From assembly GCA_964384645.1 (NCBI GenBank), contig CAYLKL010000003.1, positions 9,101 to 73,100 on the forward strand: 64,000 bases of DNA, given 5' to 3'. The notes beneath the pieces were generated by a model that was not told the origin of the DNA, ran no database searches, and was given only the letters and a program-made list of their open reading frames with translations. Below are positions 10,281 to 18,781 of the stretch, piece by piece (position 1 is the stretch's first letter; each line of letters opens with the position of its first letter). A program made the position numbers and the translations under genes. The stretch is from an uncultured Candidatus Saccharibacteria bacterium. Lineage in GTDB: Bacteria; Patescibacteriota; Minisyncoccia; Phycocordibacterales; UBA9973.

Positions 10281-10673
10281 TTACCAAATCAAAAATAATG
10301 GCTCTCCTCCGACCAATTCTTTTCTGGCGTCAACGCCTGAAAGAATTCCTTTTGGAGTAGATAGTACAATAATACCTCGACCACCTTTAACTAACTTTAT
10401 TTCTCTGTAACCATAATACAAACGTCTTGATGGCTTAGAAACTCTTTTTGCTTCTTTCACCTTTGCTGATCCGTCTTCTGCATATGCAAGATTTATATCC
10501 AAAACCTGGTGCCCTTGTTTGATTCTCTTTTCAAAAGAATCAATAAAGCCAGCTTTTTTTAAACAATCAAGAATCGCACTTTTGATGCTTGAGTGTCTAA
10601 CTGTGATTGATGTCTTTTTTGCGATTCCACCAACCTTTATTTCATTTACCATTGCTCCAATAGGGTCTGTCAT
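10281..10673 (-). CDS. rpsH: 30S ribosomal protein S8
   Basis: MTDPI..RVSKPSRRLY..LSTPKGIL..VGGE. Confidence 0.97.
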   Translation of the reverse strand: MTDPIGAMVNEIKVGGIAKKTSITVRHSSIKSAILDCLKKAGFIDSFEKRIKQGHQVLDINLAYAEDGSAKVKEAKRVSKPSRRLYYGYREIKLVKGGRGIIVLSTPKGILSGVDARKELVGGEPLFLIW

Positions 10674-10683
10674 AAATTTATTT

Positions 10684-10869
10684 TTACCAAGATGACTTTC
10701 TAACTCCAGGAATCATTCCTTCGTTTGAAAGTTCTCTAAAGCAAATTCTGCAAAGACCGAAGTCTCTCATAAATCCCTTTCCTCTTCCACAACGAAAACA
10801 GCGATTCTTCGCTCTTGTAGAAAACTTGGGTGTACGCGCAGCGCGTACTTTTACTGATGTTTTTGCCAT
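10684..10869 (-). CDS. rpsN: 30S ribosomal protein S14, zinc-binding type Z
   Basis: [24 protein letters not shown], 61 aa. Confidence 0.97.
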   Translation of the reverse strand: MAKTSVKVRAARTPKFSTRAKNRCFRCGRGKGFMRDFGLCRICFRELSNEGMIPGVRKSSW

Positions 10870-10879
10870 ATTTATAATT

Positions 10880-10961
10880 ACTTCGCAATATCACACGATT
10901 TTTCTTGGATATCTTCGTCCGAAAACTCGGATACCCAAGGAGAACCGTGGATTGCTGAAGT
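10880..10961 (-). promoter_or_regulatory. long hairpin 5' leader of the rpsN-rpsH operon (candidate S8-binding r-leader)
   Basis: ACTTC/GAAGT, GCAAT/ATTGC, CACGGTT/AATCGTG and CTTGGGTATC/GATATCCAAG pairings between the promoter and the rpsN ATG. Confidence 0.6.
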
Positions 10962-10967
10962 CCTAAG

Positions 10968-10996
10968 ATACTACCAAAAGGGCTTTTGGATGTCAA
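10968..10996 (-). promoter_or_regulatory. sigma70-type promoter for rpsN..secY
   Basis: TTGACA-17 nt-TAGTAT. Confidence 0.75.
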
Positions 10997-11008
10997 ATAA
11001 TTCAAAAT

Positions 11009-11033
11009 AAAAAAGCTGGTTTTATCCAGCTTT
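11009..11033 (-). terminator. intrinsic terminator of 11037-11660
   Basis: GCTGG/CCAGC stem followed by a T-run on the minus strand. Confidence 0.6.
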
Positions 11034-11036
11034 AGA

Positions 11037-11660
11037 TTAGGCACTACTTGCCAAATTTTTTAAATGAAACTCAGCCTGTTTTTTAATAGACTCTAAATGT
11101 CTTTTTTGATACAACTCAGCACCTTCATTTATTATCGCCTCAATGCCTTTTATATCGGGTTGTCTGAGATTCTTATTCTCAATCCGATTAAACAATACAG
11201 ATATCGCTTCCCTCTTACTATTCATTTCTTCTTCGTTGTAAAGTTTGGTGTGGTTGAAATCTGATTTTTCCGACCATTTTTTTATCTTTTTGTATATAAA
11301 CTTTACCCAAAGATAATCAAAAGGGTGAAATAGTACGTAAAGCAAAGTTAATGTGGAGAAGAAAAAAATAACACCTAGCAATTCCTTACTTAATTTATAT
11401 CCTACGGGTAAGACTTGCGTGTTATTAACCTCCAAATTCAACTCAAAGAATACATATAACAAAGACATAACAATCATAGCCGAAACAAGACCTAGCACAA
11501 TAATGCTGACTCTGTACCAAAATAAGTATAACCATAGATGATCTCTGAGCTCATAAAACCTCAATCTATTTTCTTTGGTCACCAAAAAAGATTCGAACCC
11601 GCTAATCTCTTTAAGGTTTTTAAAGACATCTTCAATGTTTATTATTTTATTTTTCTTCAT
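11037..11660 (-). CDS. hypothetical membrane protein (accessory cassette inserted in spc operon)
   Basis: Two TM segments; own TTGACA-16-TAAAGT promoter (11687-11714) and TAAAAAC-8nt-ATG. Confidence 0.75.
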   Translation of the reverse strand: MKKNKIINIEDVFKNLKEISGFESFLVTKENRLRFYELRDHLWLYLFWYRVSIIVLGLVSAMIVMSLLYVFFELNLEVNNTQVLPVGYKLSKELLGVIFFFSTLTLLYVLFHPFDYLWVKFIYKKIKKWSEKSDFNHTKLYNEEEMNSKREAISVLFNRIENKNLRQPDIKGIEAIINEGAELYQKRHLESIKKQAEFHLKNLASSA

Positions 11661-11726
11661 AATATTTAGTTTTTAGAGTTTCGTAAACTTTACTCTTTGG
11701 ATAAAAATTGTCAATAAAATAAAGCC

Positions 11727-11993
11727 TCAATTGAGGCTTTTAGTTGAAAATAATTTTTTTAATTGTGATTTTGTAACATAACTAGCAAGTCGTTCAGTGT
11801 CATTATTTTGAATAAATTCTATACTTTTTACTTCTTTATTCTCCACAACAACCTCAACGAAACAACCGTACAATTCATATAGAGCGAAGGTCTCTTTTTT
11901 TATTTTTTTAAGTTTAACAAAAGTACCACTTTCCAACAGAACACCAGCTCTTTCCTCAAGAGATATATCTACTTTAAATTCCAAACCTTTCAT
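11727..11993 (-). CDS. hypothetical protein resembling small Bacteroidota hypotheticals
   Basis: EERAGVLLESGTF..ALYELYGCFVEV..RLASY pattern recalled from Bacteroidota small proteins (not verified); start placed at ATG 11993 after TTGCTA-16-TAGTAT. Confidence 0.6.
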   Translation of the reverse strand: MKGLEFKVDISLEERAGVLLESGTFVKLKKIKKETFALYELYGCFVEVVVENKEVKSIEFIQNNDTERLASYVTKSQLKKLFSTKSLN

Positions 11994-12069
11994 AGTTCTA
12001 AGTTTTATTTTAGAAACAATACTACAATAAATTAAAAAAGTAGCAAGTCTTTTACACTTCTCATAAAAT

Positions 12070-12098
12070 AAAAAAACCACCGAATGGTGGAGTTTTTT
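12070..12098 (-). terminator. intrinsic terminator after rplE
   Basis: CCACC-attc-GGTGG followed by a T-run. Confidence 0.7.
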
Positions 12099-12645
12099 AT
12101 TGAATATTTGTTTTGAATGGAAGGCCGATATGTGTCAAAAAATCTTTTGCTTCTTCTTTTGATTTAGCAGATGTCTCGATTGTTATAGCCATTCCAAAAA
12201 TATCTTTAATATCTTCGTCTGATGTTTCTGGGAAAATAGTGTGTTCTTTGATTCCAAAAGTGATGTTTCCGATATTATCAACTGAGTTTGGGTTTATTCC
12301 TCTAAAGTCTTTTGTACGTGGAAGTGCAATATTTATAAGTTTTTCCAAAAAGTCTTGCATTCTATTTCCTCTTAAAATTACCAAAAGTCCGATTGGGTCT
12401 CCTTGTCTTACCTTGAAAGATGCAACTGATTTTTTAGCTCCACGAACAGCTGGTTTTTGACCAGTTATTTTTGCAAGTCTGTCAGAAACAAAATCATTTC
12501 TTTTGTTGTCTTTCTTCATCATTGTTCCAGTTGCAACAGAAACAGCAACTTTTAAAATCTTTGGAGAAGACATTACGTTCTTATATCCAAATTTGTCTTT
12601 TGCTTCTTTAAAAAAGCTATCTTGTTTTTCTTTGATTGATTTCAT
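12097..12645 (-). CDS. rplE: 50S ribosomal protein L5
   Basis: ITGQKP..SVASFKVRQG..LRGNRM..IALPRTKDFRG..GLPF. Confidence 0.97.
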   Translation of the reverse strand: MKSIKEKQDSFFKEAKDKFGYKNVMSSPKILKVAVSVATGTMMKKDNKRNDFVSDRLAKITGQKPAVRGAKKSVASFKVRQGDPIGLLVILRGNRMQDFLEKLINIALPRTKDFRGINPNSVDNIGNITFGIKEHTIFPETSDEDIKDIFGMAITIETSAKSKEEAKDFLTHIGLPFKTNIQ

Positions 12646-12646
12646 A

Positions 12647-12946
12647 TTAAATTTCTTTGCCAGACTTTTTGGCAATTCTTACATTTTTACCATCTACGAC
12701 CTTGGCTCCAATTCTTGTTCTTTTCTTTCCATCAAGAAGCATGACGTTTGACATATGGATCGGCATAGGAAATTCTGCAATCTGCCCTTTTTCACCTCGA
12801 GTCTTTGCTCTTGTGTGTTTTTTCTTTACGTTTACGCCTTCAACAACAACTCTGTTTACTGAAACAAAAACCTCTAGGATTTTTCCAGTCTTTCCTTTGT
12901 CATTTCCTGCGATAACTATGCAATTGTCTCCTTTCTTGATTTTCAT
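12647..12946 (-). CDS. rplX: 50S ribosomal protein L24
   Basis: KIKKGD..AGNDKGKTG..VVVEGVN..PIHMSNV. Confidence 0.97.
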   Translation of the reverse strand: MKIKKGDNCIVIAGNDKGKTGKILEVFVSVNRVVVEGVNVKKKHTRAKTRGEKGQIAEFPMPIHMSNVMLLDGKKRTRIGAKVVDGKNVRIAKKSGKEI

Positions 12947-12950
12947 AAAA

Positions 12951-13322
12951 TTAAATAACTTCAGGTGCTAATGAAATAATCTTTTGGTACCCTTTGTCTG
13001 CAAGCTCTCTTGGTATTGGCCCGAAAACACGTCCCGCCTTTGGTTCCTTTTTTCCCTTTTCTAAAATAACAACAGCGTTGTCGTCGAATCGGATGTAAGA
13101 ACCATCTCTTCTTCTTAGAGCTTCTCTTTGTCTTACGATAACAGCTTCAAGAACATCTTTCTTCTTTATGTTCTTTCTTGGTGTTGCAACCTTAACAGAG
13201 ATAATAACTCTGTCTCCAATTTCAGCATAACGTCTCTTTGAACCACCAAGTACTTTGAAAACTTGGCCGACTGTTCCACCACCGTTGTCTGTTATTTTTA
13301 CTACTGTTCCTGCTTGTATCAT
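12951..13322 (-). CDS. rplN: 50S ribosomal protein L14
   Basis: VLGGSKRRYA..RRDGSYIRFDDNA..RVFGPIPREL..ISLAPEV. Confidence 0.98.
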   Translation of the reverse strand: MIQAGTVVKITDNGGGTVGQVFKVLGGSKRRYAEIGDRVIISVKVATPRKNIKKKDVLEAVIVRQREALRRRDGSYIRFDDNAVVILEKGKKEPKAGRVFGPIPRELADKGYQKIISLAPEVI

Positions 13323-13328
13323 AAAATT

Positions 13329-13571
13329 TTAACCATTAACAACAATAAAATGCTTGTCTTTTGAAATCGGCCTTGATTCTTCAATAAAAACCTTGTCACC
13401 AACCAAAGCAGTATTGCCTGGATTGTGTGCCTTTAGTTTTTTTGTAATCTTCATAAACTTCTGATATTTAGGGTGTTTAACAAATCGAACAACAGAAACA
13501 ACCACCGTGTCTTTCATTTTGTTAGACACGACTGTTCCTTGCAATGTTCTTTTGTTATTTTTCTTTTCCAT
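13329..13571 (-). CDS. rpsQ: 30S ribosomal protein S17
   Basis: GTVVSNKMKDTVVV..HPKY..ESRPISKDK. Confidence 0.97.
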   Translation of the reverse strand: MEKKNNKRTLQGTVVSNKMKDTVVVSVVRFVKHPKYQKFMKITKKLKAHNPGNTALVGDKVFIEESRPISKDKHFIVVNG

Positions 13572-13576
13572 AAATA

Positions 13577-13765
13577 TTATTTATCTAAACTTGCTAGTTG
13601 TGTTTTTGATCTAGCGATTGTTTTCTTTAAGTTTCTCTTTTCTACAAAACTCTTTTCTCCTGCCCCACTTGTACTAAAAGCTATTTCTCTAAGTCTTAAT
13701 TCTGATTCCTTGATAAGCTTTTGTAATTCTAGGGCAGATTTTGTTTTTAAATCTATCTTTTTCAT
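13577..13765 (-). CDS. rpmC: 50S ribosomal protein L29
   Basis: Position between rplP and rpsQ; LKKTIARSKT motif. Confidence 0.9.
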   Translation of the reverse strand: MKKIDLKTKSALELQKLIKESELRLREIAFSTSGAGEKSFVEKRNLKKTIARSKTQLASLDK

Positions 13766-13766
13766 A

Positions 13767-14192
13767 TTAAATCACTCGTGAAATTACTCTTGTTTTGATT
13801 GGCAATTTTGTTCCAGCCTTTCTTAAAGCTTCTCGTGCGATTTTCTCATCAACACCATCAACTTCAAAAATAATTCTTCCTGGTTTTACCTCAAAACAAT
13901 ACTTTTGTAAATCTCCCTTACCTTTTCCCATACCCACCTCTGGTGGTTTTGCTGTTACAGGTCTATCTGGGAAAACTCTTATCCAAACTCTTCCTGTCTT
14001 TGTAAGTTGTCTAGCCATTGCCTTTCGAGCTGCTTCGATTTGGTTTGAAGTCATTCGAGCGTGAGTTTCAGCCTTAAGTCCGAATTCTCCGAATGACAAA
14101 GTTACCCCTCTTGTATCAGGACGAGTAAAAGTAGCAGAATTTCTTCTTGCAGTTTGCCACTTTCTAAATTTTACTTTTTTAGGGAATAACAT
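13767..14192 (-). CDS. rplP: 50S ribosomal protein L16
   Basis: MLFPKKVKFRK..QIEAAR..WIRVFPD..MGKGKG..KLPIKT. Confidence 0.97.
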   Translation of the reverse strand: MLFPKKVKFRKWQTARRNSATFTRPDTRGVTLSFGEFGLKAETHARMTSNQIEAARKAMARQLTKTGRVWIRVFPDRPVTAKPPEVGMGKGKGDLQKYCFEVKPGRIIFEVDGVDEKIAREALRKAGTKLPIKTRVISRVI

Positions 14193-14210
14193 AAGCCTTT
14201 TTTATATAAA

Positions 14211-14873
14211 TTATTTATCACTATCGAACTTTTCTCCTCTGTAAATCCAAACTCTAATTCCAACATCTCCGTACGGCAGATGTGCTCTTTCTCTTGCGAA
14301 ATCAACATCTGCTCTAAATGTCTGAAGTGGGATAGAGCCTTTTTTCAATTCTTCACTTCGAGCGATTTCTGCCCCACCAAGACGTCCACCTAAAACAATT
14401 CTAACTCCTTGAACTTCTCGAACAGTCGAAACTTTTTCGATTGTTTGCTTCATTACTCTTCTAAAAGGCATTCTCTTCTCTAGAGCTTCAGCTACTGAAT
14501 ATGCAACAATTGCGGCGTCTGCGTCTGGATTTGCAACTGGAACAACTTCAATTTTGAAATCTTCAGGCATAGAAATCTTGTTCTTTTTCATGAAGTTTCT
14601 TGTATCGTCCATCAACTTCTTTGAACCTTCTCCTGATCGTCCGATAACAATACCTGGTCGTGATGTTCGAACAAGGATTCGTGCTAGTTTTCGACTTCTT
14701 TCGATTTCGATAGAAGAAATATAAGCATTTCTAAGTTTCTTTGTTAGGTATTCGCGAATCAAAACATCTCCTCGTAGATTTTCTTTGAATTTTGAACCTA
14801 CAGAAAACCAGCGTGATCTCCAATCACGGATTATAGGTAGACGGTGTGCAAATGGGTTAACAATTTTTGACAT
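14211..14873 (-). CDS. rpsC: 30S ribosomal protein S3
   Basis: WRSRWF..RPGIVIGRSG..GRLGGAEIARSE..IPLQTFRADVD. Confidence 0.97.
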   Translation of the reverse strand: MSKIVNPFAHRLPIIRDWRSRWFSVGSKFKENLRGDVLIREYLTKKLRNAYISSIEIERSRKLARILVRTSRPGIVIGRSGEGSKKLMDDTRNFMKKNKISMPEDFKIEVVPVANPDADAAIVAYSVAEALEKRMPFRRVMKQTIEKVSTVREVQGVRIVLGGRLGGAEIARSEELKKGSIPLQTFRADVDFARERAHLPYGDVGIRVWIYRGEKFDSDK

Positions 14874-14878
14874 ATAAA

Positions 14879-15331
14879 TTAATTATTTTCTTCTTTAGTT
14901 TCCTCTTCTTTATCAATCTTTGATAATTTTTTAGCTACAGTTTTCGCTTCAGCTGTACTCTTTTGCATATCTTTCTTGATTTTGCTGATTTTTTCTTTCT
15001 TTTCTGGTTTTGCACCTAGTGTAAGCATTATGTGACTTGATCGCTTCTTTATTGCAGCTGGTCGGCCAAAAGCTCTTGGCATAAATCTGTGCATTGTAAG
15101 ACCTTGATCTACTCTGATACTTTTGATGATCATATCGTCTTCACTTGCCCCACCCTTTACAGTAGCGTTTGCGTAAGCACTTTTGATAAGTTTCAAAATC
15201 GGATCGCTTGATCTCTTTGGCAAATATGTAAGCAAAAGCTCTGCGTCAGTTATAGTTTTACCTTGAACAAGACTAGCTACTAGTCTTACTTTTCTTGGTG
15301 ATATTCTTAGATTTGAAAGCTTTGCGTTCAT
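14879..15331 (-). CDS. rplV: 50S ribosomal protein L22 with Lys/Glu-rich C-terminal tail
   Basis: RISPRKVRLVA..MPRAFGR..KRSSHI. Confidence 0.96.
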   Translation of the reverse strand: MNAKLSNLRISPRKVRLVASLVQGKTITDAELLLTYLPKRSSDPILKLIKSAYANATVKGGASEDDMIIKSIRVDQGLTMHRFMPRAFGRPAAIKKRSSHIMLTLGAKPEKKEKISKIKKDMQKSTAEAKTVAKKLSKIDKEEETKEENN

Positions 15332-15337
15332 ATATTT

Positions 15338-15688
15338 TTATTTCTTTTTCTTATCATCTGAAGATGAAGCTTTTGCGGCCTTAGCTGCTGCAATTTCAGA
15401 TTCTTTTGCTTTTGCTTCAAGTTCTTTTTGCATCTTACCTCCGTGTCTTCTAAATGTCTTAGTTGGAGAGAATTCACCCAATCTGTGACCAACCATATCT
15501 TCTGTTGCTAGGACTTCAATGTGGTTTTTTCCATTGTGAACACCAAAAGTGAAACCAACCATTTCTGGACTGATTACACATGCTCGTGACCATGTTTTAA
15601 TAACCCCGATTTCTCGAGGGTTTTTTCCTAGCACTTTCTTTAGGACTCTTTCGTCAACGTAAGGTCCTTTTTTAGTTGATCTTGTCAT
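15338..15688 (-). CDS. rpsS: 30S ribosomal protein S19 with C-terminal extension
   Basis: [30 protein letters not shown]; start at 15688. Confidence 0.97.
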   Translation of the reverse strand: MTRSTKKGPYVDERVLKKVLGKNPREIGVIKTWSRACVISPEMVGFTFGVHNGKNHIEVLATEDMVGHRLGEFSPTKTFRRHGGKMQKELEAKAKESEIAAAKAAKASSSDDKKKK

Positions 15689-15725
15689 AAGGGTAAAATA
15701 AATAGCTCTCCAAAGAGCTAGAGAC

Positions 15726-15755
15726 AGATTAGCAGAAAGAGCCATACCTTGTCAA
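15726..15755 (-). promoter_or_regulatory. internal promoter for rpsS..rplE
   Basis: TTGACA-18 nt-TAATCT preceded by TG (extended -10); leader hairpin TAGCTCT/AGAGCTA. Confidence 0.6.
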
Positions 15756-15827
15756 ATTATTAATCAGTTAGGGTTGATATTTAGCCACAAATAGTTACTA
15801 TAAGAAAAACACTTTAAAAACTATCAT

Positions 15828-16754
15828 ATGCAATACACTAAAACACCCCAAAAATTACCCGTTTCTCCATTAGGAAATGGAGCTGGAATCATAAAAACAG
15901 AAGATGATTTCAACAAGTTTCTGAAAATTGAAGATATTCCAGAAATATTGATTGGAAGCATTACTTCCCTTCCCCGTGAAGGCAATTCCGGAAACACTTT
16001 TTATTCTGGGCCAGGATATACACTAAATGCACTCGGGTTGCCGAACCCCGGAATTCAGTACTGGCTAGAAAATGATCGACTGAAAAAATGTGCAGAAAGG
16101 GCGCATAAAAAAGAAAAGCAAGTTGGGATAAGTATTGTTGGATTCAAAGAAGGAGAACTTGGAGAAATCGCCCAAATTGCCGAAGATGCTGAGATTGATT
16201 TCATTGAGATTAATGCTGGATGTCCTAATGTCTGGGCCGAAGGTAAACAAAAAGAAATTATAAGTTTCTCTTCTGAGGCATTATCCTTTGCTCTAGGAGA
16301 AATTTATGGGGCGACCGAAAAAATAAAAATTGGCTTCAAACTTTCTCCATATTCAAACCCCGGAGAACTTGAGAGAATTGCTAAATTCTTTAATCTCACC
16401 CACAAAGCCTTTGATAGAATCTCTTTCATTACCACCTGTAACACTTTCCCAAATTCATTCTCAGAAGATGAGGAAGGAAATCCACGAATAAGTGCCAATA
16501 ATGGTTACGGCGGAATGGCTGGAGAAGCAATCATTGCAATTGCTCTGGGGCAAGTAAAACAATTCAAAGCAGTCTTAATACCCGAAATTAAAATAAAGGG
16601 AGTCGGCGGAATAACAAAAGGAAGTGATGTAAGGAATTTTTTTAAAGCAGGAGCCTCGATGGTTCAGATTGTTTCAGCTTATTACCGAAACGAAGACCTT
16701 AGTGTCTTCTCTCGCATAAGGGCAGAGTACGAAATGCTTACAGAAAAAGTGTAA
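15828..16754 (+). CDS. pyrD: dihydroorotate dehydrogenase, class 1 (1A-like)
   Basis: PREGN, NALGLPNPG, EINAGCPNV, KLSPY, NTFPN, YGGMAG, GVGGI. Confidence 0.9.
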   Translation: MQYTKTPQKLPVSPLGNGAGIIKTEDDFNKFLKIEDIPEILIGSITSLPREGNSGNTFYSGPGYTLNALGLPNPGIQYWLENDRLKKCAERAHKKEKQVGISIVGFKEGELGEIAQIAEDAEIDFIEINAGCPNVWAEGKQKEIISFSSEALSFALGEIYGATEKIKIGFKLSPYSNPGELERIAKFFNLTHKAFDRISFITTCNTFPNSFSEDEEGNPRISANNGYGGMAGEAIIAIALGQVKQFKAVLIPEIKIKGVGGITKGSDVRNFFKAGASMVQIVSAYYRNEDLSVFSRIRAEYEMLTEKV

Positions 16755-16767
16755 TACCTTATAGGGC

Positions 16768-16796
16768 AAAACGGCGCAGTAGTGCGCCGTTTTTTT
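16768..16796 (+). terminator. intrinsic terminator after pyrD
   Basis: CGGCGCA/TGCGCCG stem plus T7. Confidence 0.8.
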
Positions 16797-16850
16797 ATTT
16801 GCAATAAAAAAATAAAAATGTAGGATGAAGCAAACTTTAAAAAATATCAT

Positions 16851-17894
16851 ATGAAAGAAATCCAAATTATAAGACCTAGTGATATGCATTTACACTTCCG
16901 TGAAGGAGAAATGCTAAATCTTGTAGCTCCGCACACCGCACGACATTTCTATTATGGACTCGTTATGCCGAACACGACCAACCCACCTATTCGAACTGGA
17001 GAAAATGCAAAAAATTATGAGGAGCAGATTTTATCTGCAACAAAAGATTACCCTCATTTCATTCCAGTCATGACGATTAAAGCCTATGACACCGATGAAC
17101 ACCTAACAACTCCAGAGGTTGTAGAGGGAGCATATTCAAATGGCGCCAAAGCAATAAAAGTTTATCCTCAAGGCGCGACTACTAATTCTCATGATGCTGT
17201 TAAAGATATTAAAAAACTTTACCCTGCATTTGAAAAAGCAGAAGAGCTCGGAATGAGAGTATGTCTCCACGGAGAAAAACCAGATGATGAAATAATTGCT
17301 CTGGAATGGGAAAGACTTTTCTATAGTGATGTAAAAGAGTTATATAAAACTTTTCCAGAATTACGAATTATCTTTGAACACATTACTTGCGAAAGCACTA
17401 TTGGTTTCATTCAAGATGCACCGGACAATGTAGCAGCTACAATTACTGCCCATCACGCACTGGTTAATTTCAATCATCTCGCAGGTGGAATGTTGCGCCC
17501 CGACTTGTACTGCAAACCTCTACTTAAATCCCCGCAGGATCAAAAAGCGCTCCGGAAAATTATGATAAGTGGAAACCCAAAATTCTTCCTGGGAACAGAC
17601 AGTGCTCCACACGTTGAAGAGAAAAAATATTGTGACCATGGATGTGCAGGAGTTTATACTGCCCCAATTGCAATGTCTCTTTACACCCAGATCTTCTATG
17701 AAGAAGGTGAGCTATCTAGACTCGAGAATTTTTCATCAGTTTTTGGACCAAGGTTTTATGGTCTTGAAATTCCAACTGAAAAAATTACCGTTATAAAAGA
17801 AGAATTCATCCCTAATAAATTTTATCAAGAAGGAAACCTTAAGATAAATAATTACTGGGGTGGTATGAAGCTCGACTGGAAAGTTAAAGAATAA
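16851..17894 (+). CDS. pyrC: dihydroorotase, homodimeric (E. coli-type)
   Basis: DMHLHFREG, VMPN, KVYPQGATTNS, LHGE, FEHIT, TITAHH, FLGTDSAPH. Confidence 0.95.
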   Translation: MKEIQIIRPSDMHLHFREGEMLNLVAPHTARHFYYGLVMPNTTNPPIRTGENAKNYEEQILSATKDYPHFIPVMTIKAYDTDEHLTTPEVVEGAYSNGAKAIKVYPQGATTNSHDAVKDIKKLYPAFEKAEELGMRVCLHGEKPDDEIIALEWERLFYSDVKELYKTFPELRIIFEHITCESTIGFIQDAPDNVAATITAHHALVNFNHLAGGMLRPDLYCKPLLKSPQDQKALRKIMISGNPKFFLGTDSAPHVEEKKYCDHGCAGVYTAPIAMSLYTQIFYEEGELSRLENFSSVFGPRFYGLEIPTEKITVIKEEFIPNKFYQEGNLKINNYWGGMKLDWKVKE

Positions 17895-17898
17895 ATTG

Positions 17899-17925
17899 AA
17901 AGAGACCTGAAATGGTCTCTTTTTT
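17899..17925 (+). terminator. intrinsic terminator after pyrC
   Basis: GAGACC/GGTCTC stem plus T-run. Confidence 0.75.
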
Positions 17926-17984
17926 ATTTGCCCCAAAATAGTAGGTGTGATAGAAATATGAAAATTCATTTAAAAACAAAAACT

Positions 17985-18725
17985 ATGTCAAAACTACAAA
18001 GAAATGCAGAAGCCCTCGCTGAATGGGCTCTTAAAATTGGAGCAATAAAAATAAACCCGAAAGATCCATTTAAGTGGGCTTCCGGCTGGAGAAGTCCAAT
18101 TTATAATGACAATCGAATGTCGCTAGGCTATCCCGAGATGTTTCAAAGAGTCGTTGAGTCTTTTTCAGACCTTCTATCTGAAACTTTCCAAGGTGACTGG
18201 AAAAGAGAAATTGATGTAATTATGGGAACATCTACGGCTGGAATCCCGCACGCGACTATTCTTGCTTATCTTCACGGACTTCCGTTTGGATACATAAGAG
18301 ATAAAGCTAAAGACCACGGTCTGAAAAATCGGATAGAAGGAATAGATGTCGACAAAGATTTATCCGGCAAAAGAGTTTTGCTTATTGAAGACCTTATTTC
18401 AACTGGCGGAAGCAGTGTAAGCGCTGTGCAAGCAATAAGAAACGCCAATGGAAAAATCGATCATTGCATTTCAATTTTCAATTATGGTTTTCCAAAAGCC
18501 AAAGAAATGTTTGCCGGAAATGCTTCATTTTCAAAAGATGGAGTAGAACGACTTTCTGAACCATGCCAGATTTATTCACTCTTGGATTACCCCACTCTTC
18601 TTGAGGTTGCTATCAAAGTAGATTACATAAGCGAAGAAGACAGGGCTATGCTTGATGAATGGAGTAAGGATCCGGAAAGCTGGAGTAATAACTGGAAATC
18701 TCAGAACGAGAAAGTTTCAGCGTAA
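17985..18725 (+). CDS. pyrE: orotate phosphoribosyltransferase
   Basis: PFKWASGWRSPIYNDNR, TAGIPH, KDHG, LIEDLISTGGS; start at ATG 17985 after TAAAAAC. Confidence 0.93.
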   Translation: MSKLQRNAEALAEWALKIGAIKINPKDPFKWASGWRSPIYNDNRMSLGYPEMFQRVVESFSDLLSETFQGDWKREIDVIMGTSTAGIPHATILAYLHGLPFGYIRDKAKDHGLKNRIEGIDVDKDLSGKRVLLIEDLISTGGSSVSAVQAIRNANGKIDHCISIFNYGFPKAKEMFAGNASFSKDGVERLSEPCQIYSLLDYPTLLEVAIKVDYISEEDRAMLDEWSKDPESWSNNWKSQNEKVSA

Positions 18726-18735
18726 GTTTTGAAAT

Positions 18736-18769
18736 AAAAACAGGGAGACACAAATGTGTCTCCCTTTTT
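18736..18769. terminator. bidirectional terminator between convergent pyrE and pyrF
   Basis: AGGGAGACAC/GTGTCTCCCT stem flanked by A and T runs. Confidence 0.8.
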
Positions 18770-18781
18770 AATTTAAATTGA

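Noticed and set aside
10880-10961. SRP (4.5S) RNA interpretation of the long hairpin
   Set aside because: Lacks the CAGG..GNRA..AGCAG domain IV motif and has no terminator; it runs directly into rpsN
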